A stretch of DNA of 64,000 nt from Callorhinchus milii (lineage: Eukaryota), in the NCBI RefSeq assembly GCF_018977255.1, contig NW_024704742.1, positions 91,576,001 through 91,640,000 on the forward strand, in the 5' to 3' direction. Made by a program: the position numbers and the translations under genes. A model generated the notes under the pieces. That model searched no databases and had not been told where the DNA came from. It was given only the letters and a program-made list of their open reading frames with translations. This document shows, one piece after another, positions 61,931-64,000 of this stretch. Each line of letters starts with the position of its first letter. Position 1 is the stretch's first letter.

Positions 61931-62844
61931 CGGATGTAAACAACAACAACAACATTTTTTTTGCCATTTATATATATAGCGCTCGTCACAATGGCATGAT
62001 AAAGCACTATATCAAATGTAAGTATTATTATTCTAATACAATATTTCAGTTAATCAGGAGGACCTGAAAGACCAACACTGAGATTTCTCACACTGTTTGC
62101 TGACTGCCATCAATCAGGTACATGAAAGTGTTTGGCTGCTCTTCAGTGCGTGGAACAGAAAGAGCTGCATGTCATTTGTGTTCCGAGTTGGATGATGCAT
62201 TTCAGCCTGATGTGTGTTCTCGTCAAGGGGATATTCATGTCATATCTGATGCTGGTTCTCGTTTAGCAAACAAACTGATGGCCCCTTTGCAAATGGGTAG
62301 GGTCTATTTCTTTTCAATACTGTGAGTGGTGCTTGGCACTAGGACAGAGAGACAAACAGCTTCCACTACTTTAGCTAATACACACAAAGGGTAGAATTTC
62401 TGGCAGTGAACACTAGATGGCAATCAACAACAACAACTTGCATTTGTATAGCACCCCTCACACAGGGTAACATCCCAGAGTGCCTGTTCCCGCTCCCAAT
62501 TGTCTGACTGCCCAGTGTCATGTCTAATTGTGCAGTGCTATTATCAGTCTTCATTGAGTAGTTATTAGGAAGCTATTGGGTCCTTTTTTATAAATTATCT
62601 TGAAATGTTTATTGTGGAGCATTAAAGTAATGTGAAAGGTACTCAGCAAAATAGAAGTTAAACAAAGTGCTAAAATGTTTCAATGCTGGCTGAGAGCTAA
62701 AGTCTCCATGCCTCACTTTTGTGTTAATAATTATTTGGAGCTTGTGACATTTATAATAGATTTTGAGTTTGATGTATGTAATGGCCTGATTATTGCATGA
62801 AACAATAAAATTTTTGCTAGTAATACCGTTACATGAATCACTTG

Positions 62845-63036
62845 TAAAGCAAAAGGCAAAATACTATAGATCCTGGAAATCTGAAATAAAACAGAAGTCG
62901 CTGGGAAGACCCAGCAGGTCAGGCAGCATTTATGGCGAGAGGAAATGTCATTCACCAAAACGTTAGCTCACTTTCCTCGCTCCATAGATGCTGCCATGCT
63001 ACGGAGTATTCCCAGCGACTTCTGTTTTTATTTCAC
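62845..63036. repeat. Long inverted repeat, probably Penelope-like-element derived
   Basis: Arms 62882-62907 and 63009-63035 are complementary except for one indel; inner arms GGCAGCAT.TATGG / CCATAGATGCTGCC. Confidence 0.7.
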
Positions 63037-63129
63037 TTGTAGAGGGTCAATGGCAAGATGTCTCTGGCCTAAGAATTGTTGCATTTGATATTACACTTTT
63101 CCTGTTCTGGGAATGTCAAAAATCGCTTA

Positions 63130-63510
63130 GCAGTTTACTGTAAAGTGTAGTGACTGTATATTGTGTATTGATTACATATTTGTTAGATAAATGTCGTTGT
63201 CATATTTACTCACAGCAATATCCCAGAATCAGATATGACATGAATATCCCCTACACATTTCGTGTGCCCAGCCAGCAGTGTTGATCGAGTGCTTTGGGAC
63301 ATCCTCCCAACATGAAAGGTCCTGTATAAATGCAAATTGTATTTTTTTTATTTGGGGGATTGTTGCCCAAGACACCGGGTGAAACTCCCTAATCATATTC
63401 GAATAATGCCATGGGAAGTTTAACATCTACCTGAACTGGCAGATGGGACCTTGGTTTAATATTTCATCTAAAGGACAGCACTTTTGACAAGAAGAGCTCT
63501 CCCAGTACAG
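63130..63510 (-). mobile_element. Older Deu-type SINE with an inserted L2 tip (~63285-63345, +)
   Basis: rc AAACCAAGGTCCCATCTGCC...CCCATGGCATTATTCGAA core. Confidence 0.6.
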
Positions 63511-63792
63511 GTATGATTGTTGCTCATTACAGGTGTACAAACAAAGGGAAAAGCTGAGAATTGGAGTTTGGGAGGTAAAAGCTGGGTTTAACTAGTGCAA
63601 TAGTGACACTATTGAGATAGTGTTGTTACTGAACCTCAAAGGGTGAGTCATGACAATAATCACGTAGGCTCCTGTCTTCAAATAAGGAGAAGTGGAGTGA
63701 GTGACGCATCCGGCTTAAGTGGAGCTTTTCATTTTTCGGGTGTGTGGAGAATGAAAGTCAATGTTTGCCCCTCCCTCTCTCTCTCCCACCCT

Positions 63793-64000
<208 letters not shown>

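Overview
Vertebrate genomic DNA, most likely a cartilaginous fish (inferred from the L2/CR1/Deu-SINE repeat content; a chimaera is plausible but not proven). Left half (3.8-31.5 kb, minus strand): IFT74. Fifteen coding exons were reconstructed by hand with GT-AG sites and consistent phase (1339 nt, about 446 codons); the 3' exons lie beyond the left edge. Its CpG-island promoter (~31.2-31.6 kb) carries an RFX X-box, a BANP-type motif, a GC box and a CRE. LRRC19 (4 coding exons, 340 aa) is nested antisense inside the 9.9-kb IFT74 intron at 16195-26117. Right half (32-64 kb): no recognisable protein-coding exons, only L2 and CR1 LINE fragments, young tRNA-Ala-headed SINEs, older Deu-type SINEs, MITEs, repeat-free stretches that may be regulatory, and a terminal (TTTC)n(TTCC)n tract. 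Nearly all ORFs in the supplied track are repeat-derived or spurious. I found no new protein-coding system. The strongest leads are a SINE/L2 partnership (co-varying 3' stem-loop, recurrent 5-bp ATCYY target duplications), a shortened LRRC19 ectodomain with a candidate HNF1/HNF4 promoter, a duplicated twin-AP-1 module, and a pogo-like MITE. Repeat boundaries are approximate, and comparisons to human are from memory.
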